NCBI GenBank assembly: GCA_051362555.1
Contig: CM120641.1
Coordinates: forward strand, 11,160,001 to 11,224,000
Source of the DNA: Lingula anatina
Lineage: Eukaryota; Animalia; Brachiopoda
Direction: 5' to 3'
DNA length: 64,000 nt
The translations under genes were made by a program, and so were the position numbers. The notes below the pieces were generated by a model. It was not told the origin of the DNA and searched no databases. It was given only the letters and a program-made list of their open reading frames with translations. Below are positions 39,001 to 54,000 of this stretch, one piece after another. How positions within the stretch are numbered: the first letter of the stretch is position 1; each line of letters starts with the position of its first letter.

Positions 39001-42000
39001 GCTTGAGTTGTTGCTGCCTGTGAAGTTACATCACCTGCCACAGTTGTAGTCTCTTGTGCAGTCACACCAGAGGCTTGTGTTGTAACATCTGCAGCTGCTG
39101 TGGTGCTTGCATCAGTAACAGCAGCTGTCTGTGCCTGTGTGGTTACATCGGCAGCAGCAGTAGTCTGGGCTTGAGTTGTTGCTGCCTGTGAAGTTACATC
39201 ACCTGCGACAGTTGTAGTCTCTTGTGCAGTCACACCAGAGGCTTGTGTTGTAACATCTGCAGCTGCTGTGGTGCTTGCATCAGTAACAGCAGCTGTCTGT
39301 GCCTGTGTGGTAACATCGGCAGCAACAGTAGTCAGGGCTTGAGTACTTGCTGCCTGTGAAGTTACATCACCTGCGACAGTTGTAGTCTCTTGTGCAGTCA
39401 CACCAGAGGCTTGTGTTGTAACATCTGCAGCTGCTGTGGTGCTTGCATCAGTAACAGCAGCTGTCTGTGCCTGTGTGGTTACATCGGCAGCAGCAGTAGT
39501 CTGGGCTTGAGTTGTTGCTGCCTGTGAAGTTACATCACCTGCGACAGTTGTAGTCTCCTGTGCAGTCACACCAGAGGCTTTTGTTGTAACATCTGCAGCT
39601 GCTGTGGTGCTTGCATCAGTAACAGCAGCTGTCTGTGCCTGTGTGGTTACATCGGCAGTAGCAGTAGTCTGGGCTTGAGTTGTTGCTGCCTGTGAAGTTA
39701 CATCACCTGCGACAGTTGTAGTCTCTTGTGCAGTCACACCAGAGGCTTGTGTTGTAACATCTGCAGCTGCTGTGGTGCTTGCATCAGTAACAGCAGCTGT
39801 CTGTGCCTGTGTGGTTACATCGGCAGCAGCAGTAGTCTGGGCTTGAGTTGTTGCTGCCTGTGAAGTTACATCACCTGCCACAGTTGTAGTCTCTTGTGCA
39901 GTCACACCAGAGGCTTGTGTTGTAACATCTGCAGCTGCTGTGGTGCTTGCATCAGTTACAGCAGCTGTCTGTGCCTGTGTGTTTACATTGGCAGCAGCAG
40001 TAGTCTGGGCTTGAGTTGTTGCTGCCTGTGAAGTTACATCACCTGCGACAGTTGTAGTCTCCTGAGCAGTCACACCAAAGACTTTTGTTGTAACATCTGC
40101 AGCTGTTGTGGTGCTTGCATCAGTAACAGCAGCTGTCTGTGCATGTGTGGTTACATCGGCAGCAGCAGTAGTCTGGGCTTCAGTTGTTGCTGCCTGTGAA
40201 GTAACATCACCTGCGACAGTGGAAGTGTCTTGTGCAGTCACAACAGAGGCTTGTGTTGTAACATCTGCAGCTGCTGTGGTGCTTGCATCAGTAACAGCAG
40301 CTGTCTGTGCCTGTGTGGTTACATCGGCAGCAGCAGTAGTCTGGGCTTGAGTTGTTGCTGCCTGTGAAGTTACATCACCTGCGACAGTTGTAGTCTCCTG
40401 TGCAGTCACACCAGAGGCTTTTGTTGTAACATCTGCAGCTGCTGTGGTGCTTGCATCAGTAACAGCAGCTGTCTGTGCCTGTGTGGTTACATCGGCAGTA
40501 GCAGTAGTCTGGGCTTGAGTTGTTGCTGCCTGTGAAGTTACATCACCTGCGACAGTTGTAGTCTCTTGTGCAGTCACACCAGAGGCTTGTGTTGTAACAT
40601 CTGCAGCTGCTGTGGTGCTTGCATCAGTAACAGCAGCTGTCTGTGCCTGTGTGGTTACATCGGCAGCAACAGTAGTCTGGGCTTGAGTTGCTGCTGCCTG
40701 TGAAGTAACATCACCTGCGACAGTGGAAGTGTCTTGTGCAGTCACACCAGAGGCTTGTGTTGTAACATCTGCAGCTGCTGTGGTGCTTGCATCAGTAACA
40801 GCAGCTGTCTGTGCCTGTGTGGTTACATCGGCAGCAGCAGTAGTCTGGGCTTGAGTTGTTGCTGCCTGTGAAGTTACATCACCTGCGACAGTTGTAGTCT
40901 CCTGTGCAGTCACACCAGAGGCTTTTGTTGTAACATCTGCAGCTGCTGTGGTGCTTGCATCAGTAACAGCAGCTGTCTGTGCCTGTGTGGTTACATCGGC
41001 AGTATCAGTAGTCTGGGCTTGAGTTGTTGCTGCCTGTGAAGTTACATCACCTGCGACAGTTGTAGTCTCTTGTGCAGTCACACCAGAGGCTTGTGTTGTA
41101 ACATCTGCAGCTGCTGTGGTGCTTGCATCAGTAACAGCAGCTGTCTGTGCCTGTGTGGTTACATCGGCAGCAGCAGTAGTCTGGGCTTGAGTTGTTGCTG
41201 CCTGTGAAGTTACATCACCTGCCACAGTTGTAGTCTCTTGTGCAGTCACACCAGAGGCTTGTGTTGTAACATCTGCAGCTGCTGTGGTGCTTGCATCAGT
41301 TACAGCAGCTGTCTGTGCCTGTGTGTTTACATCGGCAGCAGCAGTAGTCTGGGCTTGAGTTGTTGCTGCCTGTGAAGTTACATCACCTGCGACAGTTGTA
41401 GTCTCCTGAGCAGTCACACCAAAGGCTTTTGTTGTAACATCTGCAGCTGTTGTGGTGCTTGCATCAGTAACAGCAGCTGTCTGTGCATGTGTGGTTACAT
41501 CGGCAGCAGCAGTAGTCTGGGCTTGAGTTGTTGCTGCCTGTGAAGTTACATCACCTGCGACAGTTGTAGTCTCCTGTGCAGTCACACCAGAGGCTTTTGT
41601 TGTAACATCTGCAGCTGCTGTGGTGCTTGCATCAGTAACAGCAGCTGTCTGTGCCTGTGTGGTTACATCGGCAGTAGCAGTAGTCTGGGCTTGAGTTGTT
41701 GCTGCCTGTGAAGTTACATCACCTGCGACAGTTGTAGTCTCTTGTGCAGTCACACCAGAGGCTTGTGTTGTAACATCTGCAGCTGCTGTGGTGCTTGCAT
41801 CAGTAACAGCAGCTGTCTGTGCCTGTGTGGTTACATCGGCAGCAACAGTAGTCTGGGCTTGAGTTGCTGCTGCCTGTGAAGTAACATCACCTGCGACAGT
41901 GGAAGTGTCTTGTGCAGTCACACCAGAGGCTTGTGTTGTAACATCTGCAGCTGCTGTGGTGCTTGCATCAGTAACAGCAGCTGTCTGTGCCTGTGTGGTT

Positions 42001-45000
42001 ACATCGGCAGCAGCAGTAGTCTGGGCTTGAGTTGTTGCTGCCTGTGAAGTTACATCACCTGCGACAGTTGTAGTCTCTTGTGCAGTCACACCAGAGGCTT
42101 GTGTTGTAACATCTGCAGCTGCTGTGGTGCTTGCATCAGTGACAGCAGCTGTCTGTGCCTGTGTGGTTACATCGGCAGCAGCAGTAGTCTGGGCTTGAGT
42201 TGTTGCTGCCTGTGAAGTTACATCACCTGCGACAGTTGTAGTCTCCTGAGCAGTCACACCAGAGGCTTTTGTTGTAACATCTGCAGCTGTTGTGGTGCTT
42301 GCATCAGTAACAGCAGCTGTCTGTGCATGTGTGGTTACATCGGCAGCAGCAGTAGTCTGGGCTTGAGTTGTTGCTGCCTGTGAAGTTACATCACCTGCCA
42401 CAGTTGTAGTCTCTTGTGCAGTCACACCAGAGGCTTGTGTTGTAACATCTGCAGCTGCTGTGGTGCTTGCATCAGTAACAGCAGCTGTCTGTGCCTGTGT
42501 GGTTACATCGGCAGCAGCAGTAGTCTGGGCTTGAGTTGTTGCTGCCTGTGAAGTTACATCACCTGCGACAGTTGTAGTCTCTTGTGCAGTCACACCAGAG
42601 GCTTGTGTTGTAACATCTGCAGCTGCTGTGGTGCTTGCATCAGTAACAGCAGCTGTCTGTGCCTGTGTGGTAACATCGGCAGCAACAGTAGTCTGGGCTT
42701 GAGTACTTGCTGCCTGTGAAGTTACATCACCTGCGACAGTTGTAGTCTCTTGTGCAGTCACACCAGAGGCTTGTGTTGTAACATCTGCAGCTGCTGTGGT
42801 GCTTGCATCAGTAACAGCAGCTGTCTGTGCCTGTGTGGTTACATCGGCAGCAGCAGTAGTCTGGGCTTGAGTTGTTGCTGCCTGTGAAGTTACATCACCT
42901 GCGACAGTTGTAGTCTCCTGTGCAGTCACACCAGAGGCTTTTGTTGTAACATCTGCAGCTGCTGTGGTGCTTGCATCAGTAACAGCAGCTGTCTGTGCCT
43001 GTGTGGTTACATCGGCAGTAGCAGTAGTCTGGGCTTGAGTTGTTGCTGCCTGTGAAGTTACATCACCTGCGACAGTTGTAGTCTCTTGTGCAGTCACACC
43101 AGAGGCTTGTGTTGTAACATCTGCAGCTGCTGTGGTGCTTGCATCAGTAACAGCAGCTGTCTGTGCCTGTGTGGTTACATCGGCAGCAGCAGTAGTCTGG
43201 GCTTGAGTTGTTGCTGCCTGTGAAGTTACATCACCTGCCACAGTTGTAGTCTCTTGTGCAGTCACACCAGAGGCTTGTGTTGTAACATCTGCAGCTGCTG
43301 TGGTGCTTGCATCAGTTACAGCAGCTGTCTGTGCCTGTGTGTTTACATTGGCAGCAGCAGTAGTCTGGGCTTGAGTTGTTGCTGCCTGTGAAGTTACATC
43401 ACCTGCGACAGTTGTAGTCTCCTGAGCAGTCACACCAAAGACTTTTGTTGTAACATCTGCAGCTGTTGTGGTGCTTGCATCAGTAACAGCAGCTGTCTGT
43501 GCATGTGTGGTTACATCGGCAGCAGCAGTAGTCTGGGCTTCAGTTGTTGCTGCCTGTGAAGTAACATCACCTGCGACAGTGGAAGTGTCTTGTGCAGTCA
43601 CAACAGAGGCTTGTGTTGTAACATCTGCAGCTGCTGTGGTGCTTGCATCAGTAACAGCAGCTGTCTGTGCCTGTGTGGTTACATCGGCAGCAGCAGTAGT
43701 CTGGGCTTGAGTTGTTGCTGCCTGTGAAGTTACATCACCTGCGACAGTTGTAGTCTCCTGTGCAGTCACACCAGAGGCTTTTGTTGTAACATCTGCAGCT
43801 GCTGTGGTGCTTGCATCAGTAACAGCAGCTGTCTGTGCCTGTGTGGTTACATCGGCAGTAGCAGTAGTCTGGGCTTGAGTTGTTGCTGCCTGTGAAGTTA
43901 CATCACCTGCGACAGTTGTAGTCTCTTGTGCAGTCACACCAGAGGCTTGTGTTGTAACATCTGCAGCTGCTGTGGTGCTTGCATCAGTAACAGCAGCTGT
44001 CTGTGCCTGTGTGGTTACATCGGCAGCAACAGTAGTCTGGGCTTGAGTTGCTGCTGCCTGTGAAGTAACATCACCTGCGACAGTGGAAGTGTCTTGTGCA
44101 GTCACACCAGAGGCTTGTGTTGTAACATCTGCAGCTGCTGTGGTGCTTGCATCAGTAACAGCAGCTGTCTGTGCCTGTGTGGTTACATCGGCAGCAGCAG
44201 TAGTCTGGGCTTGAGTTGTTGCTGCCTGTGAAGTTACATCACCTGCGACAGTTGTAGTCTCCTGTGCAGTCACACCAGAGGCTTTTGTTGTAACATCTGC
44301 AGCTGCTGTGGTGCTTGCATCAGTAACAGCAGCTGTCTGTGCCTGTGTGGTTACATCGGCAGTATCAGTAGTCTGGGCTTGAGTTGTTGCTGCCTGTGAA
44401 GTTACATCACCTGCGACAGTTGTAGTCTCTTGTGCAGTCACACCAGAGGCTTGTGTTGTAACATCTGCAGCTGCTGTGGTGCTTGCATCAGTAACAGCAG
44501 CTGTCTGTGCCTGTGTGGTTACATCGGCAGCAGCAGTAGTCTGGGCTTGAGTTGTTGCTGCCTGTGAAGTTACATCACCTGCCACAGTTGTAGTCTCTTG
44601 TGCAGTCACACCAGAGGCTTGTGTTGTAACATCTGCAGCTGCTGTGGTGCTTGCATCAGTTACAGCAGCTGTCTGTGCCTGTGTGTTTACATCGGCAGCA
44701 GCAGTAGTCTGGGCTTGAGTTGTTGCTGCCTGTGAAGTTACATCACCTGCGACAGTTGTAGTCTCCTGAGCAGTCACACCAAAGGCTTTTGTTGTAACAT
44801 CTGCAGCTGTTGTGGTGCTTGCATCAGTAACAGCAGCTGTCTGTGCATGTGTGGTTACATCGGCAGCAGCAGTAGTCTGGGCTTGAGTTGTTGCTGCCTG
44901 TGAAGTTACATCACCTGCGACAGTTGTAGTCTCCTGTGCAGTCACACCAGAGGCTTTTGTTGTAACATCTGCAGCTGCTGTGGTGCTTGCATCAGTAACA

Positions 45001-48000
45001 GCAGCTGTCTGTGCCTGTGTGGTTACATCGGCAGTAGCAGTAGTCTGGGCTTGAGTTGTTGCTGCCTGTGAAGTTACATCACCTGCGACAGTTGTAGTCT
45101 CTTGTGCAGTCACACCAGAGGCTTGTGTTGTAACATCTGCAGCTGCTGTGGTGCTTGCATCAGTAACAGCAGCTGTCTGTGCCTGTGTGGTTACATCGGC
45201 AGCAACAGTAGTCTGGGCTTGAGTTGCTGCTGCCTGTGAAGTAACATCACCTGCGACAGTGGAAGTGTCTTGTGCAGTCACACCAGAGGCTTGTGTTGTA
45301 ACATCTGCAGCTGCTGTGGTGCTTGCATCAGTAACAGCAGCTGTCTGTGCCTGTGTGGTTACATCGGCAGCAGCAGTAGTCTGGGCTTGAGTTGTTGCTG
45401 CCTGTGAAGTTACATCACCTGCGACAGTTGTAGTCTCCTGTGCAGTCACACCAGAGGCTTTTGTTGTAACATCTGCAGCTGCTGTGGTGCTTGCATCAGT
45501 AACAGCAGCTGTCTGTGCCTGTGTGGTTACATCGGCAGTAGCAGTAGTCTGGGCTTGAGTTGTTGCTGCCTGTGAAGTTACATCACCTGCGACAGTTGTA
45601 GTCTCTTGTGCAGTCACACCAGAGGCTTGTGTTGTAACATCTGCAGCTGCTGTGGTGCTTGCATCAGTAACAGCAGCTGTCTGTGCCTGTGTGGTTACAT
45701 CGGCAGCAGCAGTAGTCTGGGCTTGAGTTGTTGCTGCCTGTGAAGTTACATCACCTGCCACAGTTGTAGTCTCTTGTGCAGTCACACCAGAGGCTTGTGT
45801 TGTAACATCTGCAGCTGCTGTGGTGCTTGCATCAGTTACAGCAGCTGTCTGTGCCTGTGTGTTTACATCGGCAGCAGCAGTAGTCTGGGCTTGAGTTGTT
45901 GCTGCCTGTGAAGTTACATCACCTGCGACAGTTGTAGTCTCCTGAGCAGTCACACCAAAGGCTTTTGTTGTAACATCTGCAGCTGTTGTGGTGCTTGCAT
46001 CAGTAACAGCAGCTGTCTGTGCATGTGTGGTTACATCGGCAGCAGCAGTAGTCTGGGCTTCAGTTGTTGCTGCCTGTGAAGTTACATCACCTGCCCCAGT
46101 TGTAGTCTCTTGTGCAGTCACACCAGAGGCTTGTGTTGTAACATCTGCAGCTGCTGTGGTGCTTGCATCAGTTACAGCAGCTGTCTGTGCCTGTGTGGTT
46201 ACATCGGCAGCAGCAGTAGTCTGGGCTTGAGTTGTTGCTGCCTGTGAAGTTACATCACCTGCTACAGTTGTAGTCTCTTGTGCAGTCACACCAGAGGCTT
46301 GTGTTGTAACATCTGCAGCTGCTGTGGTGCTTGCATCAGTAACAGCAGCTGTCTGTGCCTGTGTGGTTACATCGGCAGCAGCAGTAGTCTGGGCTTGAGT
46401 TGTTGCTGCCTGTGAAGTTACATCACCTGCGACAGTTGTAGTCTGTTGTGCAGTCACACCAGAGGCTTGTGTTGTAACATCTGCAGCTGCTGTGGTGCTT
46501 GCATCAGTAACAGCAGCTGTCTGTGCCTGTGTGGTTACATCGGCCGCAGCAGTAGTCTGGGCTTGAGTTGTTGCTGCCTGTGAAGTTACATCACCTGCCA
46601 CAGTTGTAGTCTCTTGTGCAGTCACACCAGAGGCTTGTGTTGTAACATCTGCAGCTGCTGTCGTGCTTGCATCAGTAACAGCAGCTGTCTGTGCCTGTGT
46701 GGTTACATCGGCCGCAGCAGTAGTCTGGGCTTCAGTTGTTGCTGCCTGTGAAGTTACATCACCTGCGACAGTTGTAGTCTCTTGTGCAGTCACACCAGAG
46801 GCTTGTGTTGTAACATCTGCAGCTGCTGTGGTGCTTGCATCAGTAACAGAAGCTGTCTGTGCCTGTGTGGTTACATCGGCAGCAGCAGTAGTCTGGGCTT
46901 GAGTTGTTGCTGCCTGTGAAGTTACATCACCTGCCACAGTTGTAGTCTCTTGTGCAGTCACACCAGAGGCTTGTGTTGTAACATCTGCAGCTGCTGTGGT
47001 GCTTGCATCAGTAACAGCAGCTGTCTGTGCCTGTGTGGTTACATCGGCAGCAGCAGTAGTCTGGGCTTGAGTTGTTGCTGCCTGTGAAGTTACATCACCT
47101 GCGACAGTTGTAGTCTCTTGTGCAGTCACACCAGAGGCTTGTGTTGTAACATCTGCAGCTGCTGTGGTGCTTGCATCAGTTACAGCAGCTGTCTGTGCCT
47201 GTGTGGTTACATCGGCCGCAGCAGTAGTCTGGGCTTGAGTTGTTGCTGCCTGTGAAGTTACATCACCTGCGACAGTTGTAGTCTCTTGTGCAGTCACACC
47301 AGAGGCTTGTGTTGTAACATCTGCAGCTGCTGTGGTGCTTGCATCAGTAACAGCAGCTGTCTGTGCTTGTGTGGTTACATCTGCAGCAGCAGTAGTCTGG
47401 GCTTGAGTTGTTGCTGCCTGTGAAGTTACATCACCTGCGACAGTTGTAGTCTCTTGTGCAGTCACACCAGAGGCTTGTGTTGTAACATCTGCAGCTGCTG
47501 TGGTGCTTGCATCAGTAACAGCAGCTGTCTGTGCATGTGTGGTTACATCAGCAGCAGCAGTAGTCTGGGCTTGAGTTGTTGCTGCCTGTGAAGTTACATC
47601 ACCTGCGACAGTTGTAGTCTCTTGTGCAGTCACACCAGAGGCTTGTGTTGTAACATCTGCAGCTGCTGTGGTGCTTGCATCAGTAACAGCAGCTGTCTGT
47701 GCTTGTGTGGTTACATCCGCAGCAGCAGTAGTCTGGGCTTGAGTTGTTGCTGCCTGTGAAGTTACATCACCTGCGACAGTTGTAGTCTCTTGTGCAGTCA
47801 CACCAGAGGCTTGTGTTGTAACATCTGCAGCTGCTGTGGTGCTTGCATCAGTAACAGCAGCTGTCTGTGCATGTGTGGTTATATCGGCAGCAGCAGTAGT
47901 CTGGGCTTGAGTTGTTGCTGCCTGTGAAGTTACATCACCTGCCACAGTTGTAGTCTCTTGTGCAGTCACACCAGAGGCTTGTGTTGTAACATCTGCAGCT

Positions 48001-51000
48001 GCTGTGGTGCTTGCATCAGTTACAGCAGCTGTCTGTGCCTGTGTGGTTACATCGGCAGCAGCAGTAGTCTGGGCTTGAGTTGTTGCTGCCTGTGAAGTTA
48101 CATCACCTGCGACAGCTGTAGTCTCTTGTGCAGTCACACCAGAGGCTTGTGTTGTAACATCTGCAGCTGCTGTGGTGCTTGCATCAGTAACAGCAGCTGT
48201 CTGTGCCTGTGTGGTTACATCCGCAGCAGCAGTAGTCTGGGCTTGAGTTGTTGCTGCCTGTGAAGTTACATCACCTGCGACAGTTGTAGTCTCTTGTGCA
48301 GTCACACCAGAGGCTTGTGTTGTAACATCTGCAGCTGCTGTGGTGCTTGCATCAGTAACAGCAGCTGTCTGTGCCTGTGTGGTTACATCGGCCGCAGCAG
48401 TAGTATGGGCTTGAGTTGTTGCTGCCTGTGAAGTTACATCACCTGCGACAGTTGTAGTCTCTTGTGCAGTCACACCAGAGGCTTGTGTTGTAACATCTGC
48501 AGCTGCTGTGGTGCTTGCATCAGTTACAGCAGCTGTCTGTGCCTGTGTGGTTACATCGGCAGCAGCAGTAGTCTGGGCTTGAGTTGTTGCTGCCTGTGAA
48601 GTTACATCACCTGCGACAGCTGTAGTCTCTTGTGCAGTCACACCAGAGGCTTGTGTTGTAACATCTGCAGCTGCTGTGGTGCTTGCATCAGTAACAGCAG
48701 CTGTCTGTGCCTGTGTGGTTACATCCGCAGCAGCAGTAGTCTGGGCTTGAGTTGTTGCTGCCTGTGAAGTTACATCACCTGCGACAGTTGTAGTCTCTTG
48801 TGCAGTCACACCAGAGGCTTGTGTTGTAACATCTGCAGCTGCTGTGGTGCTTGCTACAGTAACAGCAGCTGTCTGTGCCTGTGTGGTTACATCGGCCGCA
48901 GCAGTAGTATGGGCTTGAGTTGTTGCTGCCTGTGAAGTTACATCACCTGCGACAGTTGTAGTCTCTTGTGCAGTCACACCAGAGGCTTGTGTTGTAACAT
49001 CTGCAGCTGCTGTGGTGCTTGCATCAGTAACAGCAGCTGTCTGTGCTTGTGTGGTTACATCCGCAGCAGCAGTAGTCTGGGCTTGAGTTGTTGCTGCCTG
49101 TGAAGTTACATCACCTGCCACAGTTGTAGTCTCTTGTGCAGTCACACCAGAGGCTTGTGTTGTAACATCTGCAGCTGCTGTGGTGCTTGCATCAGTAACA
49201 GCAGCTGGCTGTGCATGTGTGGTTACATCGGCAGCAGCAGTAGTCTGGGCTTGAGTTGTTGCTGCCTGTGAAGTTACATCACCTGCGACAGTTGTAGTCT
49301 CTTGTGCAGTCACACCAGAGGCTTGTGTTGTAACATCTGCAGCTGCTGTGGTGCTTGCATCAGTAACAGCAGCTGTCTGTGCTTGTGTGGTTACATCCGC
49401 AGCAGCAGTAGTCTGGGCTTGAGTTGTTGCTGCCTGTGAAGTTACATCACCTGCGACAGTTGTAGTCTCTTGTGCAGTCACACCAGAGGCTTGTGTTGTA
49501 ACATCTGCAGCTGCTGTGGTGCTTGCATCAGTAACAGCAGCTGTCTGTGCATGTGTGGTTATATCGGCAGCAGCAGCAGTCTGGGCTTGAGTTGTTGCTG
49601 CCTGTGAAGTTACATCACCTGCCACAGTTGTAGTCTCTTGTGCAGTCACACCAGAGGCTTGTGTTGTAACATCTGCAGCTGCTGTGGTGCTTGCATCAGT
49701 TACAGCAGCTGTCTGTGCCTGTGTGGTTACATCGGCAGCAGCAGTAGTCTGGGCTTGAGTTGTTGCTGCCTGTGAAGTTACATCACCTGCGACAGCTGTA
49801 GTCTCTTGTGCAGTCACACCAGAGGCTTGTGTTGTAACATCTGCAGCTGCTGTGGTGCTTGCATCAGTAACAGCAGCTGTCTGTGCCTGTGTGGTTACAT
49901 CCGCAGCAGCAGTAGTCTGGGCTTGAGTTGTTGCTGCCTGTGAAATTACATCACCTGCGACAGTTGTAGTCTCTTGTGCAGTCACACCAGAGGCTTGTGT
50001 TGTAACATCTGCAGCTGCTGTGGTGCTTGCATCAGTAACAGCAGCTGTCTGTGCCTGTGTGGTTACATCGGCCGCAGCAGTAGTATGGGCTTGAGTTGTT
50101 GCTGCCTGTGAAGTTACATCACCTGCGACAGTTGTAGTCTCTTGTGCAGTCACACCAGAGGCTTGTGTTGTAACATCTGCAGCTGCTGTGGTGCTTGCAT
50201 CAGTAACAGCAGCTGTCTGTGCTTGTGTGGTTACATCCGCAGCAGCAGTAGTCTGGGCTTGAGTTGTTGCTGCCTGTGAAGTTACATCACCTGCCACAGT
50301 TGTAGTCTCTTGTGCAGTCACACCAGAGGCTTGTGTTGTAACATCTGCAGCTGCTGTGGTGCTTGCATCAGTAACAGCAGCTGTCTGTGCCTGTGTGGTT
50401 ACATCGGCAGCAACAGTAGTCTGGGCTTGAGTTGTTGCTGCCTGTGAAGTTACATCACCTGCTACAGTTGTAGTCTCTTGTGCAGTCACACCAGAGGCTT
50501 GTGTTGTAACATCTGCAGCTGCTGTGGTGCTTGCATCAGTAACAGCAGCTGTCTGTGCCTGTGTGGTTACATCGGCAGCAGCAGTAGTCTGGGCTTGAGT
50601 TGTTGCTGCCTGTGAAGTTACATCACCTGCGACAGTTGTAGTCTCTTGTGCAGTCACACCAGAGGCTTGTGTTGTAACATCTGCAGCTGCTGTGGTGCTT
50701 GCATCAGTTACAGCAGCTGTCTGTGCCTGTGTGGTTACATCGGCCGCAGCAGTAGTCTGGGCTTGAGTTGTTGCTGCCTGTGAAGTTACATCACCTGCGA
50801 CAGTTGTAGTCTCTTGTGCAGTCACACCAGAGGCTTGTGTTGTAACATCTGCAGCTGCTGTGGTGCTTGCATCAGTAACAGCAGCTGTCTGTGCTTGTGT
50901 GGTTACATCCGCAGCAGCAGTAGTCTGGGCTTGAGTTGTTGCTGCCTGTGAAGTTACATCACCTGCGACAGTTGTAGTCTCTTGTGCAGTCACACCAGAG

Positions 51001-54000
51001 GCTTGTGTTGTAACATCTGGAGCTGCTGTGGTGCTTGCATCAGTAACAGAAGCTGTCTGTGCCTGTGTGGTTACACCGGCAGCAGCAGTAGTCTGGGCTT
51101 GAGTTGTTGCTGCCTGTGAAGTTACATCACCTGCCACAGTTGTAGTCTCTTGTGCAGTCACTCCAGAGGCTTGTGTTGTAACATCTGCAGCTGCTGTGGT
51201 GCTTGCATCAGTAACAGCAGCTGTCTGTGCCTGTGTGGTTACATCAGCCGCAGCAGTAGTCTGGGCTTGAGTTGTTGCTGCCTGTGAAGTTACATCACCT
51301 GCGACAGTTGTAGTCTCTTGTGCAGTCACACCAGAGGCTTGTGTTGTAACATCTGCAGCTGCTGTGGTGCTTGCATCAGTAACAGCAGCTGTCTGTGCAT
51401 GTGTGGTTACATCGGCAGCAGCAGTAGTCTGGGCTTGAGTTGTTGCTGCCTGTGAAGTTACATCACCTGCGACAGTTGTAGTCTCTTGTGCAGTCACACC
51501 AGAGGCTTGTGTTGTAACATCTGCAGCTGCTGTGGTGCTTGCATCAGTAACAGCAGCTGTCTGTGCCTGTGTGGTTACATCGGCCGCAGCAGTAGTCTGG
51601 GCTTGAGTTGTTGCTGCCTGTGAAGTTACATCACCTGTGACAGTTGTAGTCTCTTGTGTAGTCACACCAGAGGCTTTTGTTGTAACATCTGCAGCTGCTG
51701 TGGTGCTTGCATCAGTAACAGCAGCTGTCTGTGCCTGTGTGGTTACATCGGCAGCAGCAGTAGTCTGTGCTTGAGTTGTTGCTGCCTGTGAAGTTACATC
51801 ACCTGCGACAGTTGTAGTCTCTTGTGCAGTCACACCAGAGGCTTGTGTTGTAACATCTGCAGCTGCTGTGGTGCTTGCATCAGTAACATCAGCTGTCTGT
51901 GCCTGTGTGGTTACATCGGCAGCAGCAGTAGTCTGGGCTTGAGTTGTTGCTGCCTGTGAAGTTACATCACCTGCGACAGTTGTAGTCTCTTGTGCAGTCA
52001 CACCAGAGGCTTGTGTTGTAACATCTGCAGCTGCTGTGGTGCTTGCATCAGTAACAGCAGCTGTCTGTGCCTGTGTGGTTACATCGGCAGCAGCAGTAGT
52101 CTGGGCTTGAGTTGTTGCTGCCTGTGAAGTTACATCACCTGCGACAGTTGTAGTCTCTTGTGCAGTCACACCAAAGGCTTGTGTTGTAACATCTGCAGCT
52201 GCTGTGGTGCTTGCATCAGTAACAGCAGCTGTCTGTGCCTGTGTGGTAAGATCGGCAGTAGCAGTAGTCTGGGCTTGAGTTGTTGCTGCCTGTGAATTTA
52301 CATCACCTGCGACAGTTGTAGTCTCTTGTGCAGTCACACCAGAGGATTGTGTTGTTACATCTGCAGCTGCTGTGGTGCTTGCATCAGTAACAGCAGCTGT
52401 CTGTGCCTGTGTGGTTCCATCGGCAGCAGCAGTAGTCTGGGCTTGAGTTGTTGCTGCCTGTGAAGTTATATCACCTGTCACAGTTGTAGTCTCTTGTGCA
52501 GTCACACCAGAGGCTTGTGTTGTAACATCTGCAGCTGCTGTGGTGCTTGCATCAGTAACAGCAGCTGTCTGTGCCTGTGTGGTTACATCGGCAGCAGCAG
52601 TAGTCTGTGCTTGAGTTGTTGCTGCCTGTGAAGTTACATCACCTGCGATAGTCACACCATAGGTTTGTGTTGTAACATCTGCAGCTGCTGTGGTGCTTGC
52701 ATCAGTAACAGCAGCTGTTTGTGCCTGTGTGGTAACAATAGAAGCAGCAGTAGTCTGTGCTTGAGTTGTTGCTGCCTGTGAAGTTATATCACCTGCGACA
52801 GTTGTAGTCTCTTGTGCAGTCACACCAGAGGCTTGTGTTGTAACATCTGCAGCTGCTGTGGTGCTTGCTTCAGTAACAGCAGCTGTCTGTGCCTGTGTGG
52901 TTACATCGGCAGCAGCAGTAGTCAGGGCTTGAGTTGTTGCTGCCTGTGAAGTTGCATCACCTGCGACAGTTGTAGTCTCTTGTGCAGTCACACCAGAGGC
53001 TTGTGTTGTAACATCTGCAGCTGCTGTGGTGCTTGCATCAGTAACAGCAGCTGTCTGTGCCTTAGTCGTTACATCGGCAGCAGCAGTAGTCTGGGCTTGA
53101 GTTGTTGCTGCCTGTGAAGTTGCATCACCTGCGACAGTTGTAGTCTCATGTGCAGTCACACCAGAGGCTTGTGTTGTAACATCTGCAGCTGCTGTGGTGC
53201 TTGCATCAGTAACAGCAGCTGTCTGTGCCTGTGTGGTTACATCGGCAGCAGCAGTAGTCTTGGCTTGAGTTGTTCCTGCCTGTGAAGTTACATCACCTGG
53301 GACAGTTGTAGTCTCTTGTGCAGTCACACCAGAGGCTTGTGTTGTAACATCTGCAGCTGCTGTGGTGCTTGCATCAGTAACAGCAGCTGTCTGTGCCTGT
53401 GTGGTAACAATGGAAGCAGCAGTAGTCTGGGCTTGAGTTGTTGCTTCCTGTGAAGTTACATCACCTGCCACAGTTGTAGTCTCTTGTGCAGTCACACCAG
53501 AGGCTTGTGTTGTAACATCTGCAGCTGCTGTGGTGCTCCCATCAGTAACAGCAGCTGTCTGTGCCTGTGTGGTTACATCGGCAGCAGCAGTAGTCTGTGC
53601 TTGAGTTGTTGCTGCCTGTGAAGTTATATCACCTGCGACAGTTGTAGTCTCTTGTGCAGTCACACCAGAGGCTTGTGTTGTAACATCTGCAGCTGCTGTG
53701 GTGCTTGCATCAGTAACAGCAGCTGTCTGTGCCTGTGTGGTTACATCGGCAGCAGCAGTAGTCTGGGCTTGAGTTGTTCCTGCCTGTGAAGTTACATCAC
53801 CTGGGACAGTTGTAGTCTCTTGTGCAGTCACACCAGAGGCTTGTGTTGTAACATCTGCAGCTGCTGTGGTGCTTGCATCAGTAACAGCAGCTGTCTGTGC
53901 CTGTGTGGTAACAATAGAAGCAGCAGTAGTCTGGGCTTGAGTTGTTGCTGCCTGTGAAGTTACATCACCTGCGACAGTTGTAGTCTCTTGTGCAGTCACA

